A stretch of DNA of 61,187 nt from Candidatus Omnitrophota bacterium (lineage in GTDB: Bacteria > Omnitrophota > Gorgyraeia > Tantalellales > Tantalellaceae). The stretch spans positions 1 to 61,187 of the forward strand of contig JBDRBY010000046.1 in the NCBI GenBank assembly GCA_043822245.1, written 5' to 3'. Below the pieces are notes generated by a model, which was not told the DNA's origin, ran no database searches, and was given only the letters and a program-made list of their open reading frames with translations. A program made the translations under genes and the position numbers. Of the stretch, positions 1-8,815 are shown piece after piece (positions within the stretch are counted from its first letter, which is position 1; every line of letters starts with the position of its first letter).

Positions 1-2
1 AC

Positions 3-485
3 TTTATTGTTGAGTTTTTAAAAATACATCCCTTTGAAGACGGCAACGGGCGTCTTTCTCGCGTGCTTACTAATTTACTCCTATTGCGATCGGGATATTT
101 ATTCGTACAGTATGTTTCGCACGAGCAATTAGTTGAAAAAAGAAAGGATGAATATTATATCGCTTTGCGTAAATCACAAGAAACATTTAAGACCGTTCGC
201 GAAACTATTTCGCCTTGGCTTAATTTTTTTACATCTCTTATAAAAGAGCAGGGTGATAAAGCGTTATTCCTTCTTGAAAAAGAAAGCATTGAAGACATAC
301 TATCACCAAAGCAAAACGAGGTTTGGCAATATCTCGCTATTGCTGAAATTAGCAGCCCAAGCGATATTGTAAAAGCTACAGGCATTGTTATGCCGACAGT
401 GCGCCAAGCGCTTGAGCGGCTGGTTGAGCTCGGCAAGATAAAAAGAACCGGACAAGGAAGGGGAACGAGGTATCGGAGGGTTTAG
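3..485 (+). CDS. Fic/DOC family protein, 5'-truncated by window edge
   Basis: Translation from nt 3 reads FIVEFLKIHPFEDGNGRLSR, matching the Fic motif HPFx(D/E)GNGR. The C-terminal part looks like a winged helix (SPSDIVKATGIVMPTVRQALERLVELGKI). Stop at 483-485. Confidence 0.85.
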   Translation, partial: FIVEFLKIHPFEDGNGRLSRVLTNLLLLRSGYLFVQYVSHEQLVEKRKDEYYIALRKSQETFKTVRETISPWLNFFTSLIKEQGDKALFLLEKESIEDILSPKQNEVWQYLAIAEISSPSDIVKATGIVMPTVRQALERLVELGKIKRTGQGRGTRYRRV

Positions 486-566
486 GCAAGAAGATAAAAG
501 ATAAAGCTGGGGCTATAATGAAAGTGTTTGACAAATACACAAGAGACAATCCGACATCATGGCAAA

Positions 567-676
567 TAATTCGGGGGACACAATACTTAATTTTGGTGCG
601 AGAAAGAATAACTAATTAAGTATTGTGTCCCCCGAATTACATAAGTATTGTGTCCCCCGAATTACACCCCGAATTA
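567..676. repeat. long palindrome (CGGGGGACA..TTAATT family) plus extra half-copies
   Basis: The 26-bp arms 567-592 (TAATTCGGGGGACACAATACTTAATT) and 614-639 are exact reverse complements. Partial extra arms lie at 642-664 and 667-676. A related palindrome is at 9420-9494. Confidence 0.85.
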
Positions 677-711
677 CACCAGCTTATTCATAACATCCGG
701 CAGATGGGATT

Positions 712-729
712 GGGGTCACCCATTATGCC
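712..729. repeat. left copy of 18-bp direct repeat GGGGTCACCCATTATGCC flanking the TA cassette
   Basis: The identical 18-mer recurs at 1438-1455. Confidence 0.8.
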
Positions 730-783
730 TGCCCTCGGATTTTTTTCATAGGGCGGCCTTTAGAAAATTCCTTACTTTCGTCC

Positions 784-812
784 TTGACGATTTCCTTGCA
801 ATATGGTACACT
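784..812 (+). promoter_or_regulatory. sigma-70-like promoter of the TA cassette
   Basis: TTGACG (784-789), 17 nt spacer, TACACT (807-812). A GGAGGTGGAG RBS follows, then ATG at 832. Confidence 0.4.
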
Positions 813-831
813 TATTGTGGAGGTGGAGAAT

Positions 832-1089
832 ATGACTATTACAATGACAGCTAAGCATCAGATAACGATACCTATAAGGATAACGACCGCTTTGGGATTA
901 AAAAAAGGATGTATGTTTGATGTAACGGTTTCGAAGAATGGGATAGAGCTTGTTCCTCTTGAAACAAAAAAGAGAGTATTTACAGAAGAGGAATATGAAA
1001 AATTAGAGACTTTGGCGTTGAGAGAAAAGGGAAAAGAGAAACGTGTGACAATGGAATTTATCAACAAGCTGAAAAAGGGAAAGGGTTAA
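832..1089 (+). CDS. AbrB/MazE (SpoVT-AbrB) family antitoxin
   Basis: MTITMTAKHQITIPIRITTALGLKKGCMFDVTVSKNGIELVPLE is a typical SpoVT-AbrB swapped-hairpin N-terminus. The RBS favours ATG 832 over the ORF-track start 784. The toxin ORF begins 4 nt downstream. Confidence 0.7.
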   Translation: MTITMTAKHQITIPIRITTALGLKKGCMFDVTVSKNGIELVPLETKKRVFTEEEYEKLETLALREKGKEKRVTMEFINKLKKGKG

Positions 1090-1092
1090 GCA

Positions 1093-1395
1093 GTGTCGTT
1101 GTATCTTTATTTTTGTCCATCGTTTAATAGAAGCCTTAAAATCTTGGGTTCTGAACAAAAGAAGGTGGTCGGGAGGATATTGGAAGCCTTGACTGTCTAT
1201 TATTCTAGCAATTGCAATTTGTTGAAAGCACAGAATATAGCCCCGCGATTTTTTTATAAACAATTAAAAAAACCGTTTTATGAAGCTGGGGGAGAACGAA
1301 ATATACGGATTGTGATAAGAAAAAATGGCGAACAATGTGTTGCCATGATAGCCGGTAATCACGATCAAATAAAACGGTTTTTAGCGAATAGTTAA
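1093..1395 (+). CDS. RelE/ParE-superfamily toxin (GTG start)
   Basis: 100 aa. The N-terminus F.RSLKILGSEQKKVVGRILEAL and the C-terminus RIVIRKNGEQCVAMIAGNHDQIKRFL follow the RelE/YafQ-like pattern (..R..f......i.l..iG.HD..Y). Tightly coupled to the antitoxin. Confidence 0.55.
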   Translation: MSLYLYFCPSFNRSLKILGSEQKKVVGRILEALTVYYSSNCNLLKAQNIAPRFFYKQLKKPFYEAGGERNIRIVIRKNGEQCVAMIAGNHDQIKRFLANS

Positions 1396-1437
1396 ACCAA
1401 CGTTGAAGTAGACATTCCTTGAGCTGATAGGCTGATA

Positions 1438-1455
1438 GGGGTCACCCATTATGCC
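1438..1455. repeat. right copy of 18-bp direct repeat GGGGTCACCCATTATGCC
   Basis: Identical to 712-729. Confidence 0.8.
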
Positions 1456-1466
1456 CCCTTTATCTT

Positions 1467-1550
1467 ATGCCTAAACTACCATTAATATCCGCGAAAAAAA
1501 ACATAAAAGCATTTGAAGGAATAGATTATCAAGTTATTCGCCAGCAAAGA
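1467..1550 (+). pseudogene. HicA-toxin N-terminal remnant
   Basis: MPKLPLISAKKNIKAFEGIDYQVIRQQR matches the HicA/YcfA N-terminus (MPKLPvvSgkeliKaLek.GfevvRQkGSH). Similarity is lost exactly where the GSH motif should follow. Confidence 0.5.
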
Positions 1551-1613
1551 ATTGTCAAGATCTCGCCAATTCTAATCATATCTAAGAATTTCTACCCAAA
1601 ACCAACTTTCTTG

Positions 1614-1622
1614 TGGTATAAT
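1614..1622 (+). promoter_or_regulatory. extended -10 element TGGTATAAT upstream of the giant ORF
   Basis: TGnTATAAT at 1614-1622, 38 nt before ATG 1660. Confidence 0.35.
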
Positions 1623-1659
1623 AAAAGTTTTGCAAATTTGTATATGGACGCCATATGTA

Positions 1660-4600
1660 ATGAAACGTACACACTTATTTAGATCATTATTAGTTAGTGC
1701 AACCAAAGTTTTTATCATTTTTGCTTTGTTTTTAAATGATGAGGCAGGGGCAATAGCTCCGTGGATGTCGTCTCAGATTCCGATGATTAAGTTGGAGATT
1801 CGCGCGGCAATGGAACGGGGCCGGATTATTGTGGCCCGCGATGATGAAGACAGGGCTTTGCTAAAACGATATAGAGCGGACGCGGTATTGTTAGAATCAT
1901 GGAAGTATCTTGTTTCGGAAGAGGTAGCGGCGGATGAAACCAGACTGATTAGGATAATTATACATGAGGATATAGAAGCCTTGATGCAGATATTGAGGGA
2001 AAGCGACAGATACAGGTATGACGCGATAAAGGATCTTTTGCTCAGTAACGGGCAGATAAAACAATATTACTACGGCCTTTGTCATAACGGGAAGGAACCG
2101 GAACATCTAACAGCGGATTTTTTGCTGAACGATATGGTAGCGAAAGCGTTAGAGATAATGTTTATGGTGCAAAATGGCTTTATCACATTGGAGGATTGTA
2201 ATTTAGATGAAGTGCAGGTTAAAGAAGCGCGGTTTTATTGGGCCATAGAGAAGGTAATAAAAGCTAATCGATATAACTATTTCAGAGAGGGGCTGTTTAT
2301 ATCGAAGGAAGACGCGCGGATAAGAAAGAAGAAAATAACGGAAGCGTTAGAGAGAGGATATAATTTTTACAAAGCGGCTTTGCCGGAGGCGTCGGTAATC
2401 CAGGCCTCGGCTCCGGATATTGTGGATCGCATAATTGAATGGCACCATTCGGGAAAAGGGCTCAAAGATGGAGATTATGTAATAACAAGGGTTAATCTCG
2501 GGAAACGTAAGTGTTTTAAAAGTAGGGGGAAAAGCGCTCGGTTTAGTTTTATTTTATCCGGACATGAAGAAGATCTTGAACAGACAACAGTCGTGTTTTT
2601 GGCGGAAGAAGATATAAATCACGGGTTAGTAGTAAACTGCCATTACCTGGAGGATTACAAATTAGCCAGGACAACGAATCCCATTGTAACTTTCAAATAT
2701 TCAACAAAAAAGAGTGGTATAGAAAAAGTTAATCTGGCGGCTCTGGATATCATTTATGTGAATTATGATTTTCCTAGATACGATTCCGGGAAAATAATAT
2801 CACTGCAAAGGCCGTATAAAACAACGATACATAATAACGGTACTATATGGGTGGGAATTCCTCCGGGGATAGAAACACATTTTCCCTGTCGTGGCAGTGA
2901 ATTTTTTGCGTCTGGAAAAATGGAAAATATTGGTAAAGAAGTGGTTGTTTTGGTTGAGGATGATAAAAACCATGGACAGGTTATCAATATTTATTTGTCC
3001 GATGAATATGTTGGAGAAGAGAATTCGATTCCAATTAAGACTTATCAATACTGGAAAGAGAGAAAACACAAGAACAGCGAGAATACAAGGGCTGTATTGG
3101 TCAGGTTGAATGTTTTAGATATTATACGGAGCAAAGAGGGGCAGGAGTTAAAAATATTTAATAGGCCGGTTAAAGCGGCGATTTTAAAACGAGATGAAAA
3201 GCGTTATGTTTGTATTATTTCGTTTATGCAGGGTACTCCGCACGAAAAAGTTGTTACATTGTCTATCCCAGGGGTATATATGAAAAGAAAAGACGCGGAT
3301 AGCATGGCTATGATATGTGTTGAAAAGGATCCGAATCATGGTCAGATAATTAATGTGTATTCCGAAAAAGATTTCAAGGAACAACCCGAAGCACGCCGAA
3401 CCCCTATAGTTACGTACAAATATTTCGATAAAGAAACCGCGCGTGAAATTCGAGGAGATAAAGCTCGCCTTTTTCGCCCCATAGATCTGATGTGTTTCGA
3501 TATAAGAAAATATTACAAAGAAAAAGGGCAGATTGAAGCAAAAGACAGGGTCGGTAAACGGATTGTGAAAAAATTGTCAGAAGATAAATTCGCTATTATC
3601 CTGCATAAAATTTTAACCAAACAAAGAACTATTGTGTTAAGCCTGCAAGATGTCGCTAAAGATGTTTTTCAATCCGTTAATTTACCCCTTATGGCGTCCA
3701 TTAAGATTGATAAGGACAAAGATTATGGCGCGTATATACATATCTCAAAAGACAATACTGTGCTGGCGAGATATTATTTTTTTCGGATACTGGAAGAATG
3801 TAAAGATGCGGATTTTGAAAGAATGGCATTTTTAGATTATGTCCTTGGAAACAACAATGTTTATGGAAATCCCGTTGTTCCGCGCGAGTTTTACTATAAG
3901 TGTAAAATCCATAAACTCGGAAATATAAAGATGAATTATCGAGGGCGAGAATACACGCTAACACGGTTGGGTGAATTAAATGGATACGAAAAAAAATTAG
4001 GGCATCCCATTGAAGAACTTGTTTTTGTGCCGGTTGCGGATGCCAAATATGGATACAGGATTTGTGTGCATAACGCCGCAGAATATAGAAAAAATATAGA
4101 CAGGGTTCCGGATGTAGTTCTGGTAAGAAATGGTTACTACAAAAAATTGATACCGATAGAGAAAATAGATATTTTTAACGCCAGAGAATTAATGAATAAG
4201 AGTTTTTATTATCAGGCAAAAAGTATTTTAACACATTTTCTCAAAACGGCTCCCAACAACGTGGAGGCGGCAAAATTTTTGAATACAGTAAATTATATGA
4301 TAAATTTCCCGGGAGGCATCCCTTTTGATAAACGGATCGCTTTTAACTTAAGTAGTTTGGGGAACGCTTTTATCGAAGAAAAAGATACAACTAAAGAGAA
4401 GAATTATTTTCACGCGTTAATGGGGAAAACACATGAAGAAACAGAAAAACTGTTTGTGGATATATTGGGATATCTGGATTTTGATGAACACGCTTTACCG
4501 TATCAAGTTTATATCAATTGTGCTGTTTTAGCTGTTTTAGCAGAATTTCCGGCCACGTTGAAAACACCTGATATGGCACTGAAAGTTTCGAAGTTTCTAT

Positions 4601-6552
4601 GTTATAACGGTGAAGGGAAGGAAGCATTATTTTCAGCAGGAAGGTCTTTTTTTGAATCGATTCCGGATGAAGTAAAATTTATCTTTAGCGGCAAGAACGC
4701 GAAGACGTACGAGTCGCGCGGCAGAAAAGATTCAGATGAAATAACGGCATATATGAGCGATATGTCTAAGTATCCTCGGCTTACCAGGTTGGGTGAGATT
4801 GCCTTAGGTGTACTAGCCCGATGTGGAGATGAAAAAGCGCGGGATATCCTTATTAACTGTAATTGGAGGCTTGTGTACTCGCTAGCAAAGAAGCGGGCAC
4901 GTTATTATGAAGGCATGGATTTAATGGATTTAATAAGTGTCGGGCATGAAGGTTTGATTAAAGGCAGTGATAAATATTTGCCGTATCTTGGAACAAGGTT
5001 TTCAACAGGGGTATATGTGTGGATACAGTCGTCCATTACCAGGTGGGCCAGGGATAATGCCCATCAGATCAAAATAAAAGACAATATGCAGGAAAAGATG
5101 CGTATTTTTAATAAAAAATGTAATGTCGCGGGTATTGATGTTCAAAAAAGGATGTCGATGCCGGAGGAGGAACTGGCGGAGTGTATTGACATGAAAGTTC
5201 GGGAAATTGAGAAAATTAGGTGTATTATCAGAATGATTAGTGATTTAACTAAGTCAGAGAAGGAAACCCCTTACGAAAATAATAACGGAGATGAAAAAGA
5301 AAAAACAGTCAGTTCAAATGATGGAGGGCATGATGTATTAGAAATGGAAAATATGATTGACAAAACAATAAACGAGATGAAGAAACGACTGGAAATGGAC
5401 GAAACCGCGCTAATGGTATTTGAACACCGAATAGCCGTGTCTTTAAAAGGGGATGGAAATCTAAAAAGTTATTCGGGAGTCGCCGCTTTATGTGATAATT
5501 TTAGTGGTAGGCAAGTTGAGCGTAAGGAAAAGGTTGTAGTTATACCCGAATTGCTGAAATTAATGAAAGAATGGAACCTTGAGTCAAAAGATTTCTTTTT
5601 AAAGAATATCACAACCGGATCTCCTGGAGCGGCGTTACGTACAATTTTTAAAAAATTTAAATTTAATAGATTTAGTAAAAAGGGCCTGTACCAATTGCGG
5701 AAGAAGATAAAAGAAGATACGTATTCTCGTTCAACAGTGGATATGGAGATAGGAGTATTAACAGCGCTCAATGTACTCATAAAACCGGAGAGAGGTGTGT
5801 ATCGGCTTAATCCTGTTTTTAAAGGGGATACTGAAGCTGAGACGGAAAGCAACATTGCCGCGGTGTATAACATAAAATTTCGCGTAGGAAAAGACAAACG
5901 AACGGATGTCCCGATGGGATGTTTTAGTATCCCTGATGATAAAATGCCGTTGGTAAAAGAATGTGTGCGGATGCAGATTGCCCATAGTTGGCATAAAAAA
6001 GCGGCAGAGGCTACTGACACTAAAAAAACATATACGATTAAATTATGGTCAGGTTACGCGGCACCCGGACAGGCAGTTACACTCGCGCGTATTGAGAAAA
6101 TGTATCGAAATTGTCCATACAGAGTTGAGTTTGTTGAATTAAAAGAACTTGTCGCGTTTGCTAAGGATAAAGAAAACGAAAAAGAGAGCACTGTAATAAT
6201 TTTGCCGTATAATGAGTTAGAGCCAAGACAACAACGTGATTTGCAAGATAACAAAACGCGCGTAATTTACACAAAATTTTCAAATAGAGATCAATTGCAG
6301 GCGGATGATATTGTACAGCTCGAGGCCATAATTGGATTGGGAACCGCGTATTTAATTGACAACGAAACCGCGTTTATGAATTTATGTAGCATACTTATGG
6401 ATAATGATAAAGACACGGACATAGTGATAAATCTTAAATCACTAAAAGAGAATCCACTGGCGTATATCGTGTGTATCAAAATAGAAAAAATCAACCTGGA
6501 AGATCTTCCCCGCCTCAACGACAGATTAAACGCGATGGTTAAGTCGTTGTAA
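1660..6552 (+). CDS. giant multidomain protein (~1,630 aa) with embedded sigma-70-like module
   Basis: The open frame runs from 1630 (TTG) with ATG at 1660 (MKRTHLFRSLLVSATKVFIIFALFL). Nt ~4740-5580 encode sigma-70 region 2/3/4-like sequence (NWRLVYSLAKKR..DLISVGHEGLIKG..RFSTGVYVWIQSSITRWARD). Five ~110-130-aa tandem modules lie at ~2600-4140. Confidence 0.8.
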   Translation: MKRTHLFRSLLVSATKVFIIFALFLNDEAGAIAPWMSSQIPMIKLEIRAAMERGRIIVARDDEDRALLKRYRADAVLLESWKYLVSEEVAADETRLIRIIIHEDIEALMQILRESDRYRYDAIKDLLLSNGQIKQYYYGLCHNGKEPEHLTADFLLNDMVAKALEIMFMVQNGFITLEDCNLDEVQVKEARFYWAIEKVIKANRYNYFREGLFISKEDARIRKKKITEALERGYNFYKAALPEASVIQASAPDIVDRIIEWHHSGKGLKDGDYVITRVNLGKRKCFKSRGKSARFSFILSGHEEDLEQTTVVFLAEEDINHGLVVNCHYLEDYKLARTTNPIVTFKYSTKKSGIEKVNLAALDIIYVNYDFPRYDSGKIISLQRPYKTTIHNNGTIWVGIPPGIETHFPCRGSEFFASGKMENIGKEVVVLVEDDKNHGQVINIYLSDEYVGEENSIPIKTYQYWKERKHKNSENTRAVLVRLNVLDIIRSKEGQELKIFNRPVKAAILKRDEKRYVCIISFMQGTPHEKVVTLSIPGVYMKRKDADSMAMICVEKDPNHGQIINVYSEKDFKEQPEARRTPIVTYKYFDKETAREIRGDKARLFRPIDLMCFDIRKYYKEKGQIEAKDRVGKRIVKKLSEDKFAIILHKILTKQRTIVLSLQDVAKDVFQSVNLPLMASIKIDKDKDYGAYIHISKDNTVLARYYFFRILEECKDADFERMAFLDYVLGNNNVYGNPVVPREFYYKCKIHKLGNIKMNYRGREYTLTRLGELNGYEKKLGHPIEELVFVPVADAKYGYRICVHNAAEYRKNIDRVPDVVLVRNGYYKKLIPIEKIDIFNARELMNKSFYYQAKSILTHFLKTAPNNVEAAKFLNTVNYMINFPGGIPFDKRIAFNLSSLGNAFIEEKDTTKEKNYFHALMGKTHEETEKLFVDILGYLDFDEHALPYQVYINCAVLAVLAEFPATLKTPDMALKVSKFLCYNGEGKEALFSAGRSFFESIPDEVKFIFSGKNAKTYESRGRKDSDEITAYMSDMSKYPRLTRLGEIALGVLARCGDEKARDILINCNWRLVYSLAKKRARYYEGMDLMDLISVGHEGLIKGSDKYLPYLGTRFSTGVYVWIQSSITRWARDNAHQIKIKDNMQEKMRIFNKKCNVAGIDVQKRMSMPEEELAECIDMKVREIEKIRCIIRMISDLTKSEKETPYENNNGDEKEKTVSSNDGGHDVLEMENMIDKTINEMKKRLEMDETALMVFEHRIAVSLKGDGNLKSYSGVAALCDNFSGRQVERKEKVVVIPELLKLMKEWNLESKDFFLKNITTGSPGAALRTIFKKFKFNRFSKKGLYQLRKKIKEDTYSRSTVDMEIGVLTALNVLIKPERGVYRLNPVFKGDTEAETESNIAAVYNIKFRVGKDKRTDVPMGCFSIPDDKMPLVKECVRMQIAHSWHKKAAEATDTKKTYTIKLWSGYAAPGQAVTLARIEKMYRNCPYRVEFVELKELVAFAKDKENEKESTVIILPYNELEPRQQRDLQDNKTRVIYTKFSNRDQLQADDIVQLEAIIGLGTAYLIDNETAFMNLCSILMDNDKDTDIVINLKSLKENPLAYIVCIKIEKINLEDLPRLNDRLNAMVKSL

Positions 6553-6640
6553 CATATTTTGGGCATTTTCAAGATTGTCATCCCTGAAATTTCGTCCATG
6601 TCATCCCGACCGAACGAAGTGAGGGGAGGGATCTTTAACG

Positions 6641-6652
6641 CCCCCCCCCCCC
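6641..6652. repeat. homopolymer C12
   Basis: 12 consecutive C, directly abutting the GTAG hairpin at 6653. Confidence 0.9.
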
Positions 6653-6680
6653 GTAGAGACGCGATTTATCGCGTCTCTAC
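6653..6680. repeat. GTAG-prefixed perfect palindrome (REP-like)
   Basis: GTAGAGACGCGA-TTTA-TCGCGTCTCTAC, a 12-bp stem. A near-identical copy is at 16904-16931. Confidence 0.8.
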
Positions 6681-6805
6681 TTGTAGAAAGTGTCCATAAT
6701 TATTGACACTATGGATAGTTTTTGTGTTGGATAGACATTGTGTTAACTGATATTATGAACGACAACCATGGTACGAGGCATTTTTGTGTGCAAATAAAAT
6801 AAGAT

Positions 6806-7243
6806 ATGAATAAATTTATGCAAGCCGCGATTGAAGAGGCGAAGAAGGGGAGGGAAGAAGGTGGTATCCCCATTGGTTCTGTTCTTGTTTATCGAGGCGA
6901 AGTTATTGGGCGGGGGCATAATCGGCGTGTGCAAAAAGGAAGTGTTATTCTTCACGGGGAAATGGACGCGTTGGAAAACGCCGGCCGAAAATCGGTGTCC
7001 GTATATCGGGAATCGGTACTTTACACTACTCTTTCCCCATGTTCAATGTGCTCAGGCGCGATTTTACTGTACAGTATTCCTCACGTGATCGTTGGAGAAA
7101 ATAAAACATTCATGGGAGAAGAAGAATTACTGCGGTCCAAAGGCGTAAAAGTTGAGGTACTCCAAGATCCAACTTGCGTTAATCTAATGAACGAGTTTAT
7201 CAACAAAAACCCTGAATTATGGAATGAAGACATCAGAGTTTAA
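6806..7243 (+). CDS. cytosine deaminase, yeast FCY1-type (CMP/dCMP zinc-deaminase fold)
   Basis: The HGE..(TLSPCSMCSGA) zinc motifs are present. Collinear with my memory of S. cerevisiae Fcy1 (GGVPIG..GRGHN.R.QKGS..LHGE...LEN.GR......LYTTLSPC.MC.GAI..Y.IP..V.GEN). Confidence 0.8.
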   Translation: MNKFMQAAIEEAKKGREEGGIPIGSVLVYRGEVIGRGHNRRVQKGSVILHGEMDALENAGRKSVSVYRESVLYTTLSPCSMCSGAILLYSIPHVIVGENKTFMGEEELLRSKGVKVEVLQDPTCVNLMNEFINKNPELWNEDIRV

Positions 7244-7346
7244 AGATTTAAAACTTTTTATTGACAAAAATATAAAGATATGAAATAATGATCCCCGAGA
7301 AGAATAGGTAGAGCAACATTGTTATTAACAAACAAAGGGGCGAGTT

Positions 7347-7844
7347 ATGAAAAGTAAAGGTATCATTGCGGGAACGTTGGCGGTAGTAATTTTTCTAACA
7401 GGTTGTGCGAGTATTGTCAGCAAAAATATGTATCCAGTTACGTTCAACAGCCATCCGGACGAAGCAACAATCATTATAAAGGACGAAACAGGGAAACAGA
7501 TATACAAGGGTCGAACACCAACCACACTTTCTTTGTCTTCAGGAGAAGCGTATTTCCATCCCAAAAAATATACTATTATGTATTCAAAAACTGGATACGA
7601 AGAACAGACCACAGAAGTTAGGGCTGGTATAGATGGTTGGTATTTTGGCAATATCATTTTTGGTGGGTTAATTGGTTTACTGATTGTAGATCCATTAACA
7701 GGCAATATGTGGAAATTGCCTCCGGAGATAATAATAACACTATCTGAACAAGTAAACACAGTTACTACAGGACAAAGTTTGAAAATCGCAACCATAGATC
7801 AGGTCCCGGAGGATTTAAAAGAACAACTGATTAAGGTCAACTAG
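7347..7844 (+). CDS. PEGA-domain-like lipoprotein
   Basis: Signal peptide with lipobox LTGC. The PEGA-like segment is VTFNSHPDEATIIIKDETGKQIYKGRTPTTLSL..YTIMYSKTGYEEQ. A hydrophobic GWYFGNIIFGGLIGLLIV segment follows. Confidence 0.55.
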   Translation: MKSKGIIAGTLAVVIFLTGCASIVSKNMYPVTFNSHPDEATIIIKDETGKQIYKGRTPTTLSLSSGEAYFHPKKYTIMYSKTGYEEQTTEVRAGIDGWYFGNIIFGGLIGLLIVDPLTGNMWKLPPEIIITLSEQVNTVTTGQSLKIATIDQVPEDLKEQLIKVN

Positions 7845-7975
7845 GGATATCTTTAGCAATGTGGGTTTGCGTTGTGAACGATAGCGTAAACACGAAGGGA
7901 GGGCTGGGAAAATAACGTCACAGGTCGGAGTTTATGTGAATGAATAGGTTTGGAATTCAAAACGGAGGCGAAAAA

Positions 7976-8776
7976 ATGAAAAGGCTATTGACAATGACGA
8001 TATGTTTGATTCTTGCAAGCGCGGGAAATGTTTTGGCTGAAGTAGAATTGCAGAAGCACACAGTGGAATTAGGAACTGAAATATCATACATCAAGTACGA
8101 AGAACCCGATGTAATGGATGAAACAGGTGCAATGTATGGAATAGTTGGGTCTTATACTTATCACGATATGTTTATGGCAAAGGCAGAGGTGAAAGGTAGT
8201 ATGGGGAAGGTAGATTATGATGGACAACTCTCAGATGGCACACCGTACACAATAAATGGTATATTGGACTACATGATAGAGGCCAGAGGGTTGATTGGAT
8301 ATGACATTTCAATGTTAGATGCAACATTTTTTACTCCTTATGTGGGTTTTGGATATAGGTACTTGAGTGATAACGCGGGAGTTGATGTATATGGGTACGA
8401 TAGAGAATCGAATTATTTCTATAGTCCAATAGGGGTGGAGATTATCACGAAATTTGAAAATGGATGGTCTATTGGAGGGTTGGTCGAATATGATCTCTTT
8501 TGGTATGGATTGCAGAAAAGCCATTATGAAGATGTCGCGGTGGGACTAAACGTTGTTAACAACGACCAAAATGACGGCTGGGGAGTTAGAGGATCGATAA
8601 AGGTAATAAAGGAATGGGAAAATGCGGGTATAGTTGTAGAACCTTTTGTGAGATATTGGAGTATTGGCGAATCGGAAGGAGCGAGTATTACCTACAGTGG
8701 GTCATACGTTGGTTCCGCGTATGAACCGGAAAACAATTCGTTAGAAATTGGCGGAAAAATCGCGGTGCTTTTTTAG
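7976..8776 (+). CDS. outer-membrane beta-barrel protein (unknown family)
   Basis: Signal peptide MKRLLTMTICLILASAGNVLA, alternating aromatic/Gly-rich beta-strand pattern and a C-terminal ...IAVLF. ATG 7976 with RBS GGAGG is preferred over ORF start 7940. Confidence 0.6.
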   Translation: MKRLLTMTICLILASAGNVLAEVELQKHTVELGTEISYIKYEEPDVMDETGAMYGIVGSYTYHDMFMAKAEVKGSMGKVDYDGQLSDGTPYTINGILDYMIEARGLIGYDISMLDATFFTPYVGFGYRYLSDNAGVDVYGYDRESNYFYSPIGVEIITKFENGWSIGGLVEYDLFWYGLQKSHYEDVAVGLNVVNNDQNDGWGVRGSIKVIKEWENAGIVVEPFVRYWSIGESEGASITYSGSYVGSAYEPENNSLEIGGKIAVLF

Positions 8777-8815
8777 TAAGTTTATTTTAAAAAGGCTACT
8801 CTAGGATAGGAGGAT

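Noticed and set aside
648-854. A 68-aa ORF lies upstream of the antitoxin.
   Set aside because: It begins inside the CCCCCGAATTA palindrome copies and runs through the direct repeat and the TA promoter. It is not credible as coding.
1630-1755. The hydrophobic N-terminus of the giant ORF could be a cleavable signal peptide, making the whole protein secreted.
   Set aside because: This is unresolved rather than rejected. An exported location conflicts with a functional sigma module. The segment could be an uncleaved anchor, or the true start could be a later Met (for example MSSQIPM at ~1765). I do not assert secretion.
5469-6020. A 183-aa minus-strand ORF lies inside the giant gene. Similar antisense ORFs are at 40687-41286, 21795-22232, 19515-19928 and 7325-7795.
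   Set aside because: These are shadow ORFs opposite well-supported plus-strand genes, with no start context or recognisable domains.
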